From: Mobula hypostoma
Taxonomy: Eukaryota
Assembly: GCF_963921235.1 (NCBI RefSeq)
Contig: NC_086097.1
Coordinates: forward strand, 191,644,001-191,704,000
Reading direction: 5' to 3'
Length of the DNA stretch: 60,000 nt
Shown here: piece after piece, positions 24,100 through 37,296 of the stretch
Layout of the letters: each line of letters opens with the position of its first letter
Position numbering within the stretch: position 1 is the stretch's first letter
Made by a program: the position numbers and the translations under genes
Notes under the pieces: model-generated
The model's database searches: none
Told to the model about the DNA's origin: nothing
Seen by the model: the letters and a program-made list of their open reading frames with translations, nothing else

Positions 24100-25475
24100 T
24101 CAGACATTCCTACATCCTTCATAGGGGCAATAATCATCAGTACTCAAGAAGAGCAGGGTGAGCTGCCTCAATGACTATTGCCCAGTGGCACTCACATCTA
24201 CAGTGATTAAGTGCTTTGAGAGGTTGATCATAGCTAGAATCAACTCCTGTCTTAGCAAGAACATGGACCCACTGAAATTTGCCCATCACCACAAAAGGCT
24301 GACAGCAGATACAATCTCACTGGCTCTCCACTCGTCCTTGGATCACCTGGATTGTTGTAGCACCTATGACAGGCTGATGTTTATTGACTATAGTTTAGCG
24401 TTCATAATAATCATGTCCTCAGTTCTAATCAATGTGCTCAAAAACCTGGGCTTCCATTACCTTCTGCAACTGGATACTTGACTTCCTGGCCAAGAGACCA
24501 CAGTCTGTGGATTGGAAGCAACATCTCGCTGACAGTCAACGCTGGCAGATGTGTGCATAACTCACTGCTCTACTCTGTCTGCACACACAATTGTGTAGCT
24601 AGGCCAAACTCAATGCCATCAGTAAATTTGTTGACAACATAACTATTGTTAGCAGAATTTTAGATGGTGGTGAGGAGGAATACAGGTGTGAGATAGATCA
24701 ACTGGTTGAGTGGTACTGCAGCAGCAAACCTGAACTCAATGTCAGAAAGACCAAGAAATTGATTGTGGACTTCAGGAAGGGGCAGTCGAAAGAACACACA
24801 CCAATCCTCATCGATGGATCAGCAGCAGAAAGGGTGAGCAGTTTTCAGTTCGTGGGAGTCAACATCTCTAAGGATCTATCCTGGGCCCAATACTGATGCA
24901 ATAACGAAGAAGGCATAACAGTAGTTATATTTCATTCAGAGTTTGAGGAGACTTGGTGTGCCATCAATGATAGTTTCTACGGATGTACAGTGCAGAGCAT
25001 TCTGACCAGTTGCATTGCCTTCTGGTATGGAGGGGCCACAACACATGATCAGAAAAAGCTGTGGAAAGTTGGAAACTCAATTCGCTTTATTGTGGGCACT
25101 AGCCTCCCCGGAATCCAGGACTCCTTCAAAACGTGATGCCTCAAAAAGCTGGCATCCATCATTAAGGGCCCACATCACCCAAGATGTGCCTTGTTTTCAT
25201 TGCTACCACCAAGGAGGAGATGCAGGAGTCTAAAGGCACACACTCAACATTTCAGGAACAGTGTCTTTCCCTCTGCCATCAGATTTATGAAAGGAGGCCG
25301 TGAACGCTTCCTCAGTGTTTTTGTTTCCTCTTCTTGCTCTACTTTATTTCATTTATTTTTTAAATACATAGTATATACTTATTGTAATGTATAGTTACTA
25401 CAATGCATTGCAATGTATTGCTGCTGCAAACCAACAAATTTCACAATATACGCCATGATATTAAATCTGATTCTA
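24100..25475 (+). mobile_element. Degenerate Rex1-type LINE
   Basis: LNDYCPVALTSTVIKCFERL...LMFIDYSLAF and KFVDN; tail aacaaatttcac...ctgattct. Confidence 0.8.
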
Positions 25476-26094
25476 ATGCATGGAGAAGGTAGAATAATGG
25501 GGTTGAAAACAAAAATCAGGCATGCTTGAATAGGAGAACAAACTTGATGGGGTGAATGGTCTGGTGCTGCTCCTAAGTTTGTGTTCTTGTATAGATTTTG
25601 AATTTAAATGGGTAAATGATGGAAGGAGGCTATGGAGATGAGATGCGGATGAGCCAAACATAGAATGGTAGTAAAAGCTAAGGTTGAAAGTTTTGCTTCT
25701 ATTTTTTTTTTGCATACTTTCAGTTCCTGTTTGCATTTAAATTTTAGGACTGAATTTTAAAGAACCTTAATAGTATTTAGGAGCAGAAGTATTTTTTTGT
25801 TACTGACATAAATGAAAGCAAGAGCCAAAGATTTGTTGCAAATGAAGATGCCCTTAAAAATGGATATGAAACTGAGTTGGAAAACTTGGATTGCTCAGTT
25901 CATTCAAACCAGACTTTGTAGGTAGGTAAAAGTCTTCGCTGTGGCCAACATGCTGGAATCAAATGTGTAAGAACTCTATGTACTGCTTAACTGGTTGAAG
26001 TTTGCTGTGGTTTCTATTCTGAAATTAGCCATGATCAAATGCAATAATTTGTCATTTGATTTCCATTTGCATTGACAATAGTACATTTGGATTA

Positions 26095-28250
26095 AGGTAG
26101 ATCCCAGTTAATTGGAACACATTGGGACCAGTGCGTTTTGGGCTAATTAAGCGGTTGCTCCAACTTGCCGAAGTTTTAGTGGAAATAGTTAAAAAGGTTT
26201 TTTAAAAAAAACTGAGTAACAAATTCTATATTTAAATGAAATAGAACAAATTAGAATACTACCAATGCTACTACAGTTCTGTAAACTATATTAGTTCCTA
26301 ATACTTCATCCATACCGCTTTCTTTTGACTGTAAATGAGCAAAATCAGCGTGAATACCCAGTGCAGATAATGGATTACCTTCATACAATGCTGTTGACAA
26401 TTGCATCCTCCAGATCGTTGTTTTCACTGTAACATTCAAGTTGATTGTCAATACCTTATTCTTTGTAGTTCCTAACTTGAAATGAAATTTTTAGTTCCAC
26501 TCCTGACTATTTCGGGCATCTCCAAGCCTGAAGCATCCTGGCCGCATGGAGTACCTAGCTGAGTACTGAAGACCTGTGCTGACCAACTGGCTGCTGTATT
26601 CACAGATAACTTCAACGTCTCGCTCTAGCAGTGTGTAGTACCCACCTGCTTCAAGCAGGCTTCAGTTGTACCAGTGCACAAGAAGAGCATGGTAACCTGT
26701 CTAAATGTCTATCATCCAGCGACACCTGCATCCATAGTGTTTTGAGAGGCTGGTGTTGAAGCATATAAGCTCCTGTCTGAATGGTGATTTGGGTCTGCTC
26801 CAATTTGCCTACTGAAGCAACAGGTCTACAGCAGATGTGATCTCGTTGGCTCTTCACCCAGCCCTGCAACATCAGGATGCTCTTTACCGATCACGACTCA
26901 GCATTTAACACTATCCCCTCAAAATGAATCAGTAAAATCCAAGACTTAGGCCTCAATACCCCTTTTGCAATTGGATCCTGGATTTCCTCACTTACAGACA
27001 GCAGTCAGTTAAAATTGGCAAAAAAAATCTCCAGCACAGGAGCACCACAGGAATGTGTACTTGGCCCCCTGCTCTACTCACTCCACACCTATGACTGGCT
27101 CAGTACAGCTCCAACGCAATAAAAAAAAAAGTTTGCTGATGGTACCACTATTGTAGGCTGTATTGAAGGGGGTAATGAATCAGCATACAGGAGGGAGATT
27201 GAAAGCCTCTCACTCTTTCAGTAAGACCAAGGAACTGATTGTAGACTTCAGAGGGAAACCAGAGGTCTATTAACCAGTGATCGGGGGTGAAGAGGGTCAG
27301 TAAGTTTAAATTCATGGGTGTCACTATCTCAGAGGACCTGTCCTGGACCCATCATGTAAATATTATTGTGGAGAAAACCCAATAGCACCTCTACTTCCTC
27401 TGTGGTGTTTGGCATATCATCGAAAACATGGCAAACTTTAGATGTGTGGTAGAAAGTGTGCTAACTGGTTGCATTACAACCTGGTATAGGAACATCAATG
27501 CCTTTGAGTGGAAAATCTTACAAAATGTAGTGGATTTGGCCCAGTACGTTATAGTTAAAACCCTCCAACCATTGATGATTCACGCTAACGTTCCTTGTAG
27601 ATGTGCTCAAAGATCTTCATCCACCCAGGCCATGCCCTTTTCTTGCTGCTCCCATCAGGTAGAAGGTACCCATCAGGACCCGCACCACAAGATTCAGGAA
27701 CAGTTACTACCTCTCAACCATCAGCCCCTTGAACAAAAGGGGTAACTACACTCATTTAAGGACTCTATTTTGTTATTTCATGCTCATTATTTATACTTAT
27801 TTATATCTTCATTGGCACAGTTTTTTTACAGTTGACATTTCCTGATATTTACAGTTACTGTTCTATAAGATTTGCTAAGTCTGCCTGCAGAAATAGCATC
27901 TCTGGGTTGTATTGGTGACATGTATGTACTCTGATAAATTTTATTTTGAGCTTTCAAGCCACAGGAAAATCAGTTCTGAATTGTTTTGGACTGCTTATTC
28001 GTTGCCAACTATCAGTACCAAAAATCAACTGCTTTTGAACATGCACCGACATGTTTGTTCAAAGTACTGTGTTGACTAACAGCTGTGCAAGCACATGAGA
28101 CTGACGCTAGTTTAAAAACTATTTGGTAATTGTCTCCTGTCTCAATTAAGTGGCATAATAAAGGGAATCCCAGTTGTTTTCTCAGTTGAGATTTTATTCT
28201 TTAAGAGTTGTCCCAAGTAAGTGTTTGTCCCAATTAACCAATGGCTCAAC
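26095..28250. mobile_element. Tigger-like non-autonomous element (family of 8574-9367, inverted) split by a Rex1-type LINE at about 26530-27950
   Basis: The flanks are reverse-complement similar to 8574-9367. The insert has Rex1 RT remnants (FKQASVVPV, KFADGTT, VVESVLTGCITTWY). Confidence 0.65.
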
Positions 28251-28664
28251 TCTCAGAAAGTGTGCATTATAATTCTGTATGTTGATATATTTTTGAAGTC
28301 AGTAGCAAAGCCTTTCTGTAAGTACACTGCACTTACGTGGTAGAACTGCTACAGAATCTTTGTGCATATTATTTTATGTTGATGGGCTCCACCTCTGCCT
28401 TGGTTGTACTTTGTGCTTGATTTGGTTTTTGTTTGTAGTTTGTGACTCATTCAGATTCGTGTTGAAATGTTATTTTGCAGAAGTTGCAGAGTGCAGACCA
28501 TAAGACAGCAGCCCATCAAGTTTGCTTTGCCATTCCATGGCTGGTTTATTAACCCTCTCAACCCTACTCTCCTGCCTTCTCCCTATAAACTTTGATGCCC
28601 TCACTAATCAAGAACCTATCACTGTCTGCTTTAAATATACTCAGTGTCTTGGCCTCCACAGCCT

Positions 28665-29352
28665 CCACTTTAGTGATCCCGGGGGAAATTGGTTTTCGTT
28701 ACAGTTGCACCATAAATAATTAAATAGTAATATGTAAATTATGCCAGGAAATAAGTCCCAGGACCAGCCTATTGGCTCAGGGTGTCTGACCCTCCAAGGG
28801 AGGAGTTGTAAAGTTTGATGGCCACAGGCAGGAATGACTTCCTATGACGCTCTGTGCTGCATCTCGGAGGAATAAGTCTCTGGCTGAGTGTACTCCTGTG
28901 CCCACCCAGTACATTATGTAGTGGATGGGAGACATTGTCCAAGATGGCATACAACTTGGGACAGCATCCTCTTTTCAGACACCACCGTCAGAGAGTCCAG
29001 TTCCATCCCTGCAACATCACTGGCCTTATGAATGAGTTTGTTGATTCTGTTGGTGTCTGCTACCTTCAGCCTGCTGCCCTAGCACACAACAGCAAACATG
29101 ATCGCACTGGCCACCACAGACTCGTAGAACATCCTCAGCATCGTCCGGCAGATGTTAAAGGACCTCAGTCTCCTCAGGAAATAGAGACGGCTCTGACCCT
29201 TCTTCTAGACAGCCTCAGTGTTCTTTGACCAGTCCAGTTTATTGTCATTTCGTATCCCCAGGTATTTGTAATCCTCCACCATGTCCACACTGACCCCCTG
29301 GATGGAAACAGGAGTCACTGGTACCTTAGCTCACCTCAGGTCTACCACCAGT
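28665..29352 (-). mobile_element. Rex1/Babar-type LINE 3' fragment, same young family as 4173-5100
   Basis: The reverse complement is nearly identical to about 4393-5080 (LYFLRRLRSFNICRTMLRMFYESVVA; HPLHNVL...RHRKSFLPVAIKLYN). Confidence 0.88.
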
Positions 29353-31015
29353 AGAGGTTACAAGGCTACGGCTTGAGGTCAAATCCTCATAGTAAATGAG
29401 TACTCTACTCACAAGAGGCTGCAGGTGCTTGAATCTTCTGCCTTGTGAGGGTTCACTGTCTTTGAAGACAGCCTAACATTGGTCTCTAAGCCAGGAATCA
29501 CAGGGTCATCAGGTGCAGCAGGGATCTTCACAGCTGTAGTTGTGCTCTGCCTTTCAAAGCGGGTATAGAAGGTGTTTAGTTCATCTGTTAGTGAAGCCTA
29601 CAAGAGGAGAGGCTGTACTTGATCTGTTATTGGGAAATAAACCTGGTCAGGTGTCAGATCAGGTGGGAGAGCATTTTGGAGATAGTGATCACAATTCTAT
29701 CTCCTTTACCATAGCATCGGAGAGGGATAGGAACAGACAAGTTAGGAAAACTTTTAAATGGAGTAAGGGGAAATATGAAGCTATCAGACAGGAACTTGGA
29801 AGCATAAATTGGGAACAGATGTTCTCAGGGAAATATATGGCAGAAATGTGGCAAATGTTCAGGTGATATTTGCGTGGCATTCTGCATAGGCACGTTCCAA
29901 TGAGGCGGAAAGGATGGTAGGGTACAACAACCATGGTGTATAAAGGCTGTTGTAAATCTAGACAAGAAGAAAAGAAAAGCTTACGAAAGGTTCAAAAAGC
30001 TAGGTAATGATAGAGATCTAGAAAATTACAAGGCCAGCAGGAAGGAGTTTAAGAATGAAATTAGGAAAGCCAGAAGGGACCATGAGAAGGCCTTGACAAG
30101 CAGATTAAGGAAAAACTCAAGGCATTCTACAAGTATGTGAGAGCAAGAGGATAAAATGTGAGAGAATAGGACCAATCAAATGTGACAGTGGAAAAGTGTG
30201 TATGGAACTGGAGGAGGTAGTGGAGGTACTTAATAAATACTTTGCTTTGGTAGTCACTACGGGAAAAAGACCTTGGCGATTCTAGGGATCGCTTACAGCA
30301 AACTGAAAAACTTGAGCATATAGACACTAAGAAAGAGGATGTGCTGGAGCTTTTGGAAAGCATCAAGTTGGATATGTCACCAGGACCAGATGAGATACAC
30401 CCCAGACTACTGTGGGAAGTGAGGGAGGAGATTGCTGGGCCTCTGGCGATGATCTTTGCATCATCAATGGGGACGGAAGAGGTTCCGTAGGATGGAAGGG
30501 TTGCAGATGTTGTTCCCTTATTCAAGAAAGGGAGTAGAGATAGCCCAGGAAATTATAGACCTGAAAGTCTTACCTTCAGTGGTTGGTAAGTTGATGGAGA
30601 AGATCTTGAGAGGCAGGAATTATGAACATTTGGAGGGGCATAATATGCTTAGCAATAGTCAGCATGGTTTTGTCAAAGGCAGGTCGTGCCTTATGAGCCT
30701 GATTGAATTTTTTGAGGATATGACTAAACACATTGGGCTGAGAAGTGGCAGATGGAGTTCAACCCAGATAAGTGTGAGGTGGTTTATTTTGGTAGGTCAA
30801 ATATGATGCCAGAATATAGTATTAATGGTAAGAGTCTTGGCAGTGTGGGGGATCTTGGGGTCAGAGTCCATAGGACACTCAAAGCTGCTGCGCAGGTTGA
30901 CTCTGATTAAGAAAGCATACAGTGCACTGGCCGCCTTCAATCGTGGGATTGAGTTTAAGAGCCGAGAGGTAATGTTGCAGTTATATAGGACCCTGGTCAG
31001 AACCCACTTGGAGTA

Positions 31016-34000
31016 CAGGTGTGCCCCGCTTTTCGAACTTTCGCTTTACGAAACCTCACTGTTACGAAAGACCTACATTAGTTACCTAGTTACCTGTTTT
31101 CGCTAACAGACGGTGTTTTCACTGTTACGAAAAAAAGCAGCGCGCACCCCGAGCAGCCGCTGTCCCCCGATTCGGAATGGTATTCTCGCTGGCATTGCTT
31201 AAACACGTGCCTGTGAGCAGCCGTTAGCAAGATGAGTTCTACGGTATTGGAAAAGCCTAAAAGAGCTTGTAAGGGTGTTACACTTAGCGTAAAACTAGAC
31301 ATAATTAAGCGTTTCCATCGTGGTGAACGAAGCAAGGACAAAGTGAGTTTGGCTTGTGGAAGTTGATGAAGATGATGTTAAAGAGGTTTTGGCATCCCAT
31401 GACCAAGAACTGATAGATGAAGAGCTGATGCAATTGCAAGAGGAAAGCACAACAATCAAAACCGAATGTAGAAGCGAACGGACCGAAAGTGAAGTCGTCC
31501 AGGAACTGAATGTGAAGCAACTGCGTGAGATTTTCACTGCAATGATAAAGTATGACTTTAATTTTGAAAGGGTATGTCGGTTTAGGGCATATTTGCAAGA
31601 CAGTTTGAGTGCTTACAAAGAACTGTATGATCTAAAAATGCGCGAGGCTAAGCGGTCAAGCAAGCCTTCCACATCAGCCACAGCAGACGACGACCTTCGA
31701 TATCAAGGCAGGCAGACATAGAAGAAGATGACCTGCCTACCCTCATGGAAACAGACGACGAGATGACACCCCAGTGTCCCACCACCCCAAACCCCTTGCC
31801 GCAGATGGATACCGATCCGCGGAGGATGCAGCAGTAGCCGGGAGGCACCCAGCACATCTTTAAGAAAAAAAGCCAAAATAAACAAGTTAATTAATTAGGT
31901 GCCGCCCAGCACGTAAATGTCGGCCCAGATCAGAGACGATTGCCGATTGTGTCGCCTCGATCTGGGCCAACAATTACATGCCAGGCGGCACCTAATTAAT
32001 TAGCATGTTTATTTTGGCTTTTTTCTTACGGATGTGTTGGGTGTGTCCCAGGCATCACTGGATTGCTGCATGCTTCGCGGATCGGTATCGGGTCGCTGCC
32101 CGGAGGGTGGGGGCCACTGCACCATCTCAACCTCCGACGACTCAGCCTAACACACCATCATCAGTTTCTTTGGCGCTGTCCCAATTCCGGTAAGTGATAC
32201 TACTCTACATACATTATTTCTACTTTATATCGGCTGTGTATTTTTACATGTTATTTGGTATGATTTGGCAGCTTCATAACTTAAAGGTTACTGGAGAGCG
32301 CTTGTGTGAGATTTTCGCTACAGAGAACAGTGCAGGCAATTATTGTGGAAAAGTATTTCTACTTTATATAGGCTGTGTATTCATCATATCATTCCTGCTT
32401 TTACTATATGTTACAGGTTTCCCCCGCCATCCGAAGGTAGAGCGTTCCTATGAAACGGTTCGTAAGCCGAAATGTCGTAAAGCGAAGAAGCAATTACCAT
32501 TTATTTATATGGGAAAATTTTGTGAGCGTTTGCAGACCCAAAAATAACCTGCCAAATAACACACAAAACCTAAAATAACAGTAACATATAGTAAAAGCAG
32601 GAATGATATGATAAGTACACAGCCTATATAAAGTAGAAATACTTCATTACTGAACTGTTCCCTGTAGCGAAAATCTCATGCAAGCGCCATCGGCAGAAAA
32701 TCTCACGCAAGTGCTGTTGGCAGAAACACGCGCAAGCGCTCTCCAGTAACCTTTAAGCTATGAAGCTGTCAAATCATACCAAATAACACCTAAAAATACA
32801 CAGCCTATATAAAGTAGAAATAATGTATGTACAGTGTAGTATCACTTACCGAAATTGGTTCAGTGCCAAGCACACTGATGGTGGTGTGTTAGACTGAGTC
32901 GTCGGAGTTTGGATGGTGCAGTGGCCCCCCACCCTCCAGGCCGCTGAGCGATACATTGCCACGAAGAACGCAGGGATCCAGCGGTAGCCGGAAGGTACAC
33001 AGCACATCTTTAAGAAAAAAAGCCGAAACAAACATGCTAATTAATTAGGTGCCGCCCGTAATTGTCGGCCCAGATCAGTGCCAATTTTCGATTGCGTCGT
33101 TTCTGATCTGGGCCGACAATTATGTGTCGGCGGCACCTAATTAATTAGTATGTTTATTTCTGCTTTTTTCTTAAAGATGTGCTGTGTGCCTCCCGGCTAC
33201 CTTTGCATTCTCCGCGAATTGGTATCTGTCCATGGCCTAGGGGGTCAGGGTGGTGGGACACTGGGGTGTCATCTCGTCGCCTGTTTCCATTAGAGCAGGT
33301 AGCTCATCTTCTCCTATGACTGCCCGCCTTGATGTCGAAGGTCGAGGTTCGTCGTCTGCTGTGGCTGATGTGGAAGGCTTGCTTGACTGCTGAGCCTCAC
33401 GTATTTTTCCATCACACAGTTCTTTAATAAGGACTCAAACCATCCTGCAAATATCCCCTAAACCGACGTACCCTTTCAAAATTAAAGTCGTACTTTATCA
33501 TTACTCATTCAGTTTCCATTGTTATCCTTTTATCTTCCAATTGCATCAGCTCTTCATCTGTCAGTTCTTGGTGATGGGATACCAAAACCTCTTCAACATC
33601 ATCTTCGTCAACTTCCACAAGCCAAACTCACATTGTCGTTACTTCATTCACCACGATCAAAACGCTTAATTATGTCTAGTTTTACCGTAAGTGTAACACC
33701 CTTACGAGCTCTTTCAGGCTTTTCCAATACCATAGAACTCATCTTGCAAACGGCTGCTCACAGGCTCGTGTTTAAGCAATGCCGGCGAGAATCCGGGGGA
33801 GAGCGGCTGCCTTTTATCGCGCGCTGGTTTTTTATCGCACGCTGAATTTTTTTTTCTTAACGGTGAAAACACCTTCTGAAAGCGAAATTAGGGTACTAAT
33901 GTAGGTCTTTCGTAACAGTGAGGTTTCGTAAAGCGAACGTTCGAAAAGCGGGGGACACCTGTACTGTTATTTTAGGTTTTATGTGTTATTTGGCATGATT

Positions 34001-34137
34001 TGGTAGATAATTTTTGGGTCTGCGAATGTTCACAGATTTTTCCCATATAAATGGTAATTGCTTCTTCGCTTTACGACTTTCCGGCTTACGAACCGTTTCA
34101 TAGGAACTCTCTACCATCGGATAGCGGGGGAAATCTG
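31016..34137 (+). mobile_element. Non-autonomous Tigger1/TIGD1-like element, copy A
   Basis: ta|caggtgtgccccgcttttcgaa ... gcgggggaaatctg|ta, TA TSD. Remnants KRACKGVTLSVKLDIIKRF and EVDEDDVKEVLASHDQELIDEELMQL. Confidence 0.88.
32414..33961 (-). mobile_element. Non-autonomous Tigger1/TIGD1-like element, copy B, inserted inverted in copy A
   Basis: ta|caggtttcccccgccatccg ... cgaaaagcgggggacacctg|ta. Removing it restores tatgtta-ctgttattttagg, as seen uninterrupted in copy C. Confidence 0.88.
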
Positions 34138-34649
34138 TACTATGCTCAGTTCTGATTGCCTCACTATAGAACGGATGTGGAAACCATAGATAGGGTGCAG
34201 AGGAGATCTACAAGGATGTTGCCTGGATGGGGGAGCATGCCCTAGAATAGGTTGAGTGAACTTGGCTTTTTCTCCTTGGAGTGACGGAGGATGAGAGGTA
34301 ACCTGATAGAGGTGTATAAGATGATGAGAGGCATTGATTGTGTTGATAGTCAGGGGCTTTTTCCCAGGGCTGAAATGGCTTGCACGAGAGGGCACAGTTT
34401 TGAGGTGCTTGGAAGTAGGTACAGAGGAGATGTCAGGGTAAGTTTTTTTTACGCAGAGTGGTGAGTGCGTTGAATGGGCTGCCGGTGACGGTGGTGGAGG
34501 TGGATATGATAGGGTCTTTTAAGAGACTCCTGGACAGGTACATGGATCTCAGAAAAATAGAGGGGCTACGGGTAACACTAGGTAATTTCTGAGGTAAGGA
34601 CATGTTCGGCACAGCTTTGTGGGCCAAAGGGCCTGTATTGTGCTGTAAG

Positions 34650-35930
34650 TTTTCTATGTTTCTTTCGCTGCCATTCATGCAATTGGGCTTTGCTTTGTGG
34701 AAAGTAATGTCTTGTGAGCCCTGCCAGAGTTGTCATGCATCCGATGCCACCTCCATCCTCATTCAAAATTGTCTCTTTGCCCTTGAAATAGCCCTCTGCA
34801 AATCATACCTGGTTTTCTGATACAGGCCTGGATCGCTAGAGTTGAATGCCACAGATTTAGCCTTCAGCAGATGTCATATCTCCTGGTTCCTCAACTGCTT
34901 TTGGTTTGGGAATGTGCAGTAAGTCTTTGTAGGCACACACTCATCCACATAGGTTTTAATGAAGTTGGTAACAACTGTAGCATACTCATCCAGATTCGAA
35001 GATGAATCCCTGAAAACAGTCCAGTGCACAGATTCAAAGCAGTCCTGTAAGCACTCCTGTGCTTCCTTTTGTCCCTTCCTTCTTGGTCCTCACTACTGGT
35101 GCTGCAGTCTTCAGTCTCTACCTATAATCGGACTAGAAGTATAGTCAAGTGATCAGACTTCCTGAAGTGAGGGCGTGGAATAGCATGGTAGGCATTCTTG
35201 GTGGTGTAGCAGTGGTCCAGCGTGTTGTTTCCTCTGGTATTGCAAGTGATCTGTTGATGGTAATTGCTTAGTAATTTTTTTTTGCAGACTGGCCTGGTTA
35301 AAATCCCCAGATTGAGGAAGGCATTAGGGTGCGCTGTTTTGTGCATGTTGATCCCATTGCTCAGATTATCTGAAGCCTGATTGACATTGGCCTGAGGTGG
35401 AATATACCACTACCAAAATGACCCCGGAGAACTCCTGTGGTAGGTAAAAAGGACAGCACTTAATTGCTAGATATTCCAGGTCTGGTGAGCAGAATTGGGA
35501 GAGCACTGGTATATTTGCACACAGAGAGTTGATCGTGAGGCATACTCCTCCACCTCTGCTTTTGAGAGTCTATGGATCTATCCTGATGGTGTATGGTAAA
35601 TTCGTCGATCTAAATTGCTGCATCTGGTATTGGGGTTAACCAGGATTCCGTGAAACAAAGGACATGTGATCCTAATGTTCCTCTGATTCAGCACCCTAGC
35701 TATGAGATTATCGTTTTTTTTAATTCACAAGAGACTGTACGTTTGCCAGCAAGATGGTCGGTATTGAGAGTTTAAAACCCTGTTTCCTTAAACGCACTTG
35801 TATCCCTGACCTGCAGCTACATTTCCTGCGTGGAATCCTACGAGGATGAATCCGTCCCAAATCAGCATTGTTTCTGTCAGTTTCAAGCAGCGATACTTTG
35901 TTTAAATGCATTAAGACATCCTTGACTGTA
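34650..35930 (-). mobile_element. Rex1-type LINE 5' region (APE endonuclease), decayed
   Basis: Minus strand reads PTILLANVQSLVNK, CFTESWL, VVYIPPQA, TRGNNTLDHCYT and PHFRKSDHL. Confidence 0.8.
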
Positions 35931-37209
35931 CTCACCTCTCCTAAAGGACATTTAATTCTGAACTTGCATTGCATTTCCCGTATCACAAATGCATCCTCTG
36001 GAGAGAAACCAAAATGATGCAAAATATACAGCATAATTTCAAGTTTCTCATACGATTAATCATGTTGCATTAAAGGCCAACAGGCCTTTCACCCTCTGAA
36101 AATCTGTACTCTACCTGTGTTCATTTTGATTTGTTTGGGACACAAGTGGCCTTGAACATACTTTTCAACTTAAGCATCGTAATGAAAAGGAGATTGGGTA
36201 GACCAGTTGGAAGCATTCACACTGAAGGTAGTGACAAGATTACATGTATAGGCAAAAGAACCCAGAGACAGTGTAAGGAAATGTGGCTGTTGTGAATGGC
36301 CATATTTGCGTGGTGATTTACATAGCAAGAAAATAGAATTAATTGGCTGTCTCTGCCAGAGACTCGAGATACGTTAAATGACTCCCTGCATGCAAAGTCA
36401 TATCTAGTAGAATCATCCAAGATTGACCAAAGAACCTGAGGGTTGTAGGGGCAATGGCATAGAAGTGGAGTTAACCATGACTTTATTGAATGGTGAGGTA
36501 GATTTACAGGGGAGGCCTACTCCCATTTTCTTGTATTCTTGTTCTATTTCTTTAATTCTGCTTGAATGTGAAGTATCATTGTGTAATGTGTTTATCTTGC
36601 ACAGCGGTTGGAATGTATTTCAGCTGTTGTGCATGAGTGGGACATGTTTAGTCTTTGAAAGTTTTGCACTTAAAATATTTTAACTGTCTGAGCTTGTTTT
36701 ATTTCCCTGAACTAAAATTAAAATTTTATTCTCTCTAGTATTGTTGAATACATATACAGAAAATTGGATTTTGATTAAATAAGTCATAATTTTGAAAGTA
36801 CCTTTAGTGAAAATGTAAGATGTGTTTGAGGATATTTTATACTTGTACAAAGATTTTTGCCCCTCTGCTAATAAGACCATAAGATACGGGAGCAGTGTTG
36901 GACTGTTAAAGCTCTGTCTTACTGCAAATGCAAATTTTGATCTTTTAATACAAAATGATTTGCTTTTTCCTGAGTAACCAATATATTTGTTGCCTATAAA
37001 GAAATGAAGAAGTCTAAGGATTTGTTCAAAATCCGGGTGCCCACCTTGTAGGGGATGGTGCTTGGTAATATATTTTCATTCCTGTATTTTACTTTCACTC
37101 AAGAGTGAATTAGACTTGCTTAATTTTGTTTAGCAATGATTTTGAGGTGACTTGGTGTTTGACATGTTATTAAATACTGCGGAGTTAATGCATTACACTT
37201 GTGTTATAG

Positions 37210-37296
37210 GTTTACAAAATACTTGTGAAAAATCATCTAGAAGAAAACTGGGTGGTTTTCAGGAGGTACACAGATTTTTCACGGCTAAATGATAAG
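37210..37296 (+). CDS. SNX16: Sorting nexin 16, coding exon 2 (PX domain)
   Basis: ttatag|GTT...AAG|gtttgt, 87 nt. Translates [29 protein letters not shown], containing the PX RRY motif. Confidence 0.97.

Larger units (their letters stand above)
29570..34650 (+). mobile_element. CR1/HER1 LINE (internally deleted near 30735), interrupted at 31016-34137
   Basis: PTRGEAVLDLLLGN, SDHNSISF, SPGPDEIHPR and QHGFVKGRSC remnants. The sequence rejoins as ttggagta|ctatgctcagttctg; 3' tail ends tttctatgtttct. Confidence 0.88.

Noticed and set aside
31356..31721. 121-aa acidic ORF as a domesticated TIGD1-like gene
   Set aside because: It lies within a multi-copy element with TIRs and a TA TSD, lacks the DDE core, and the frame is broken differently in each copy.
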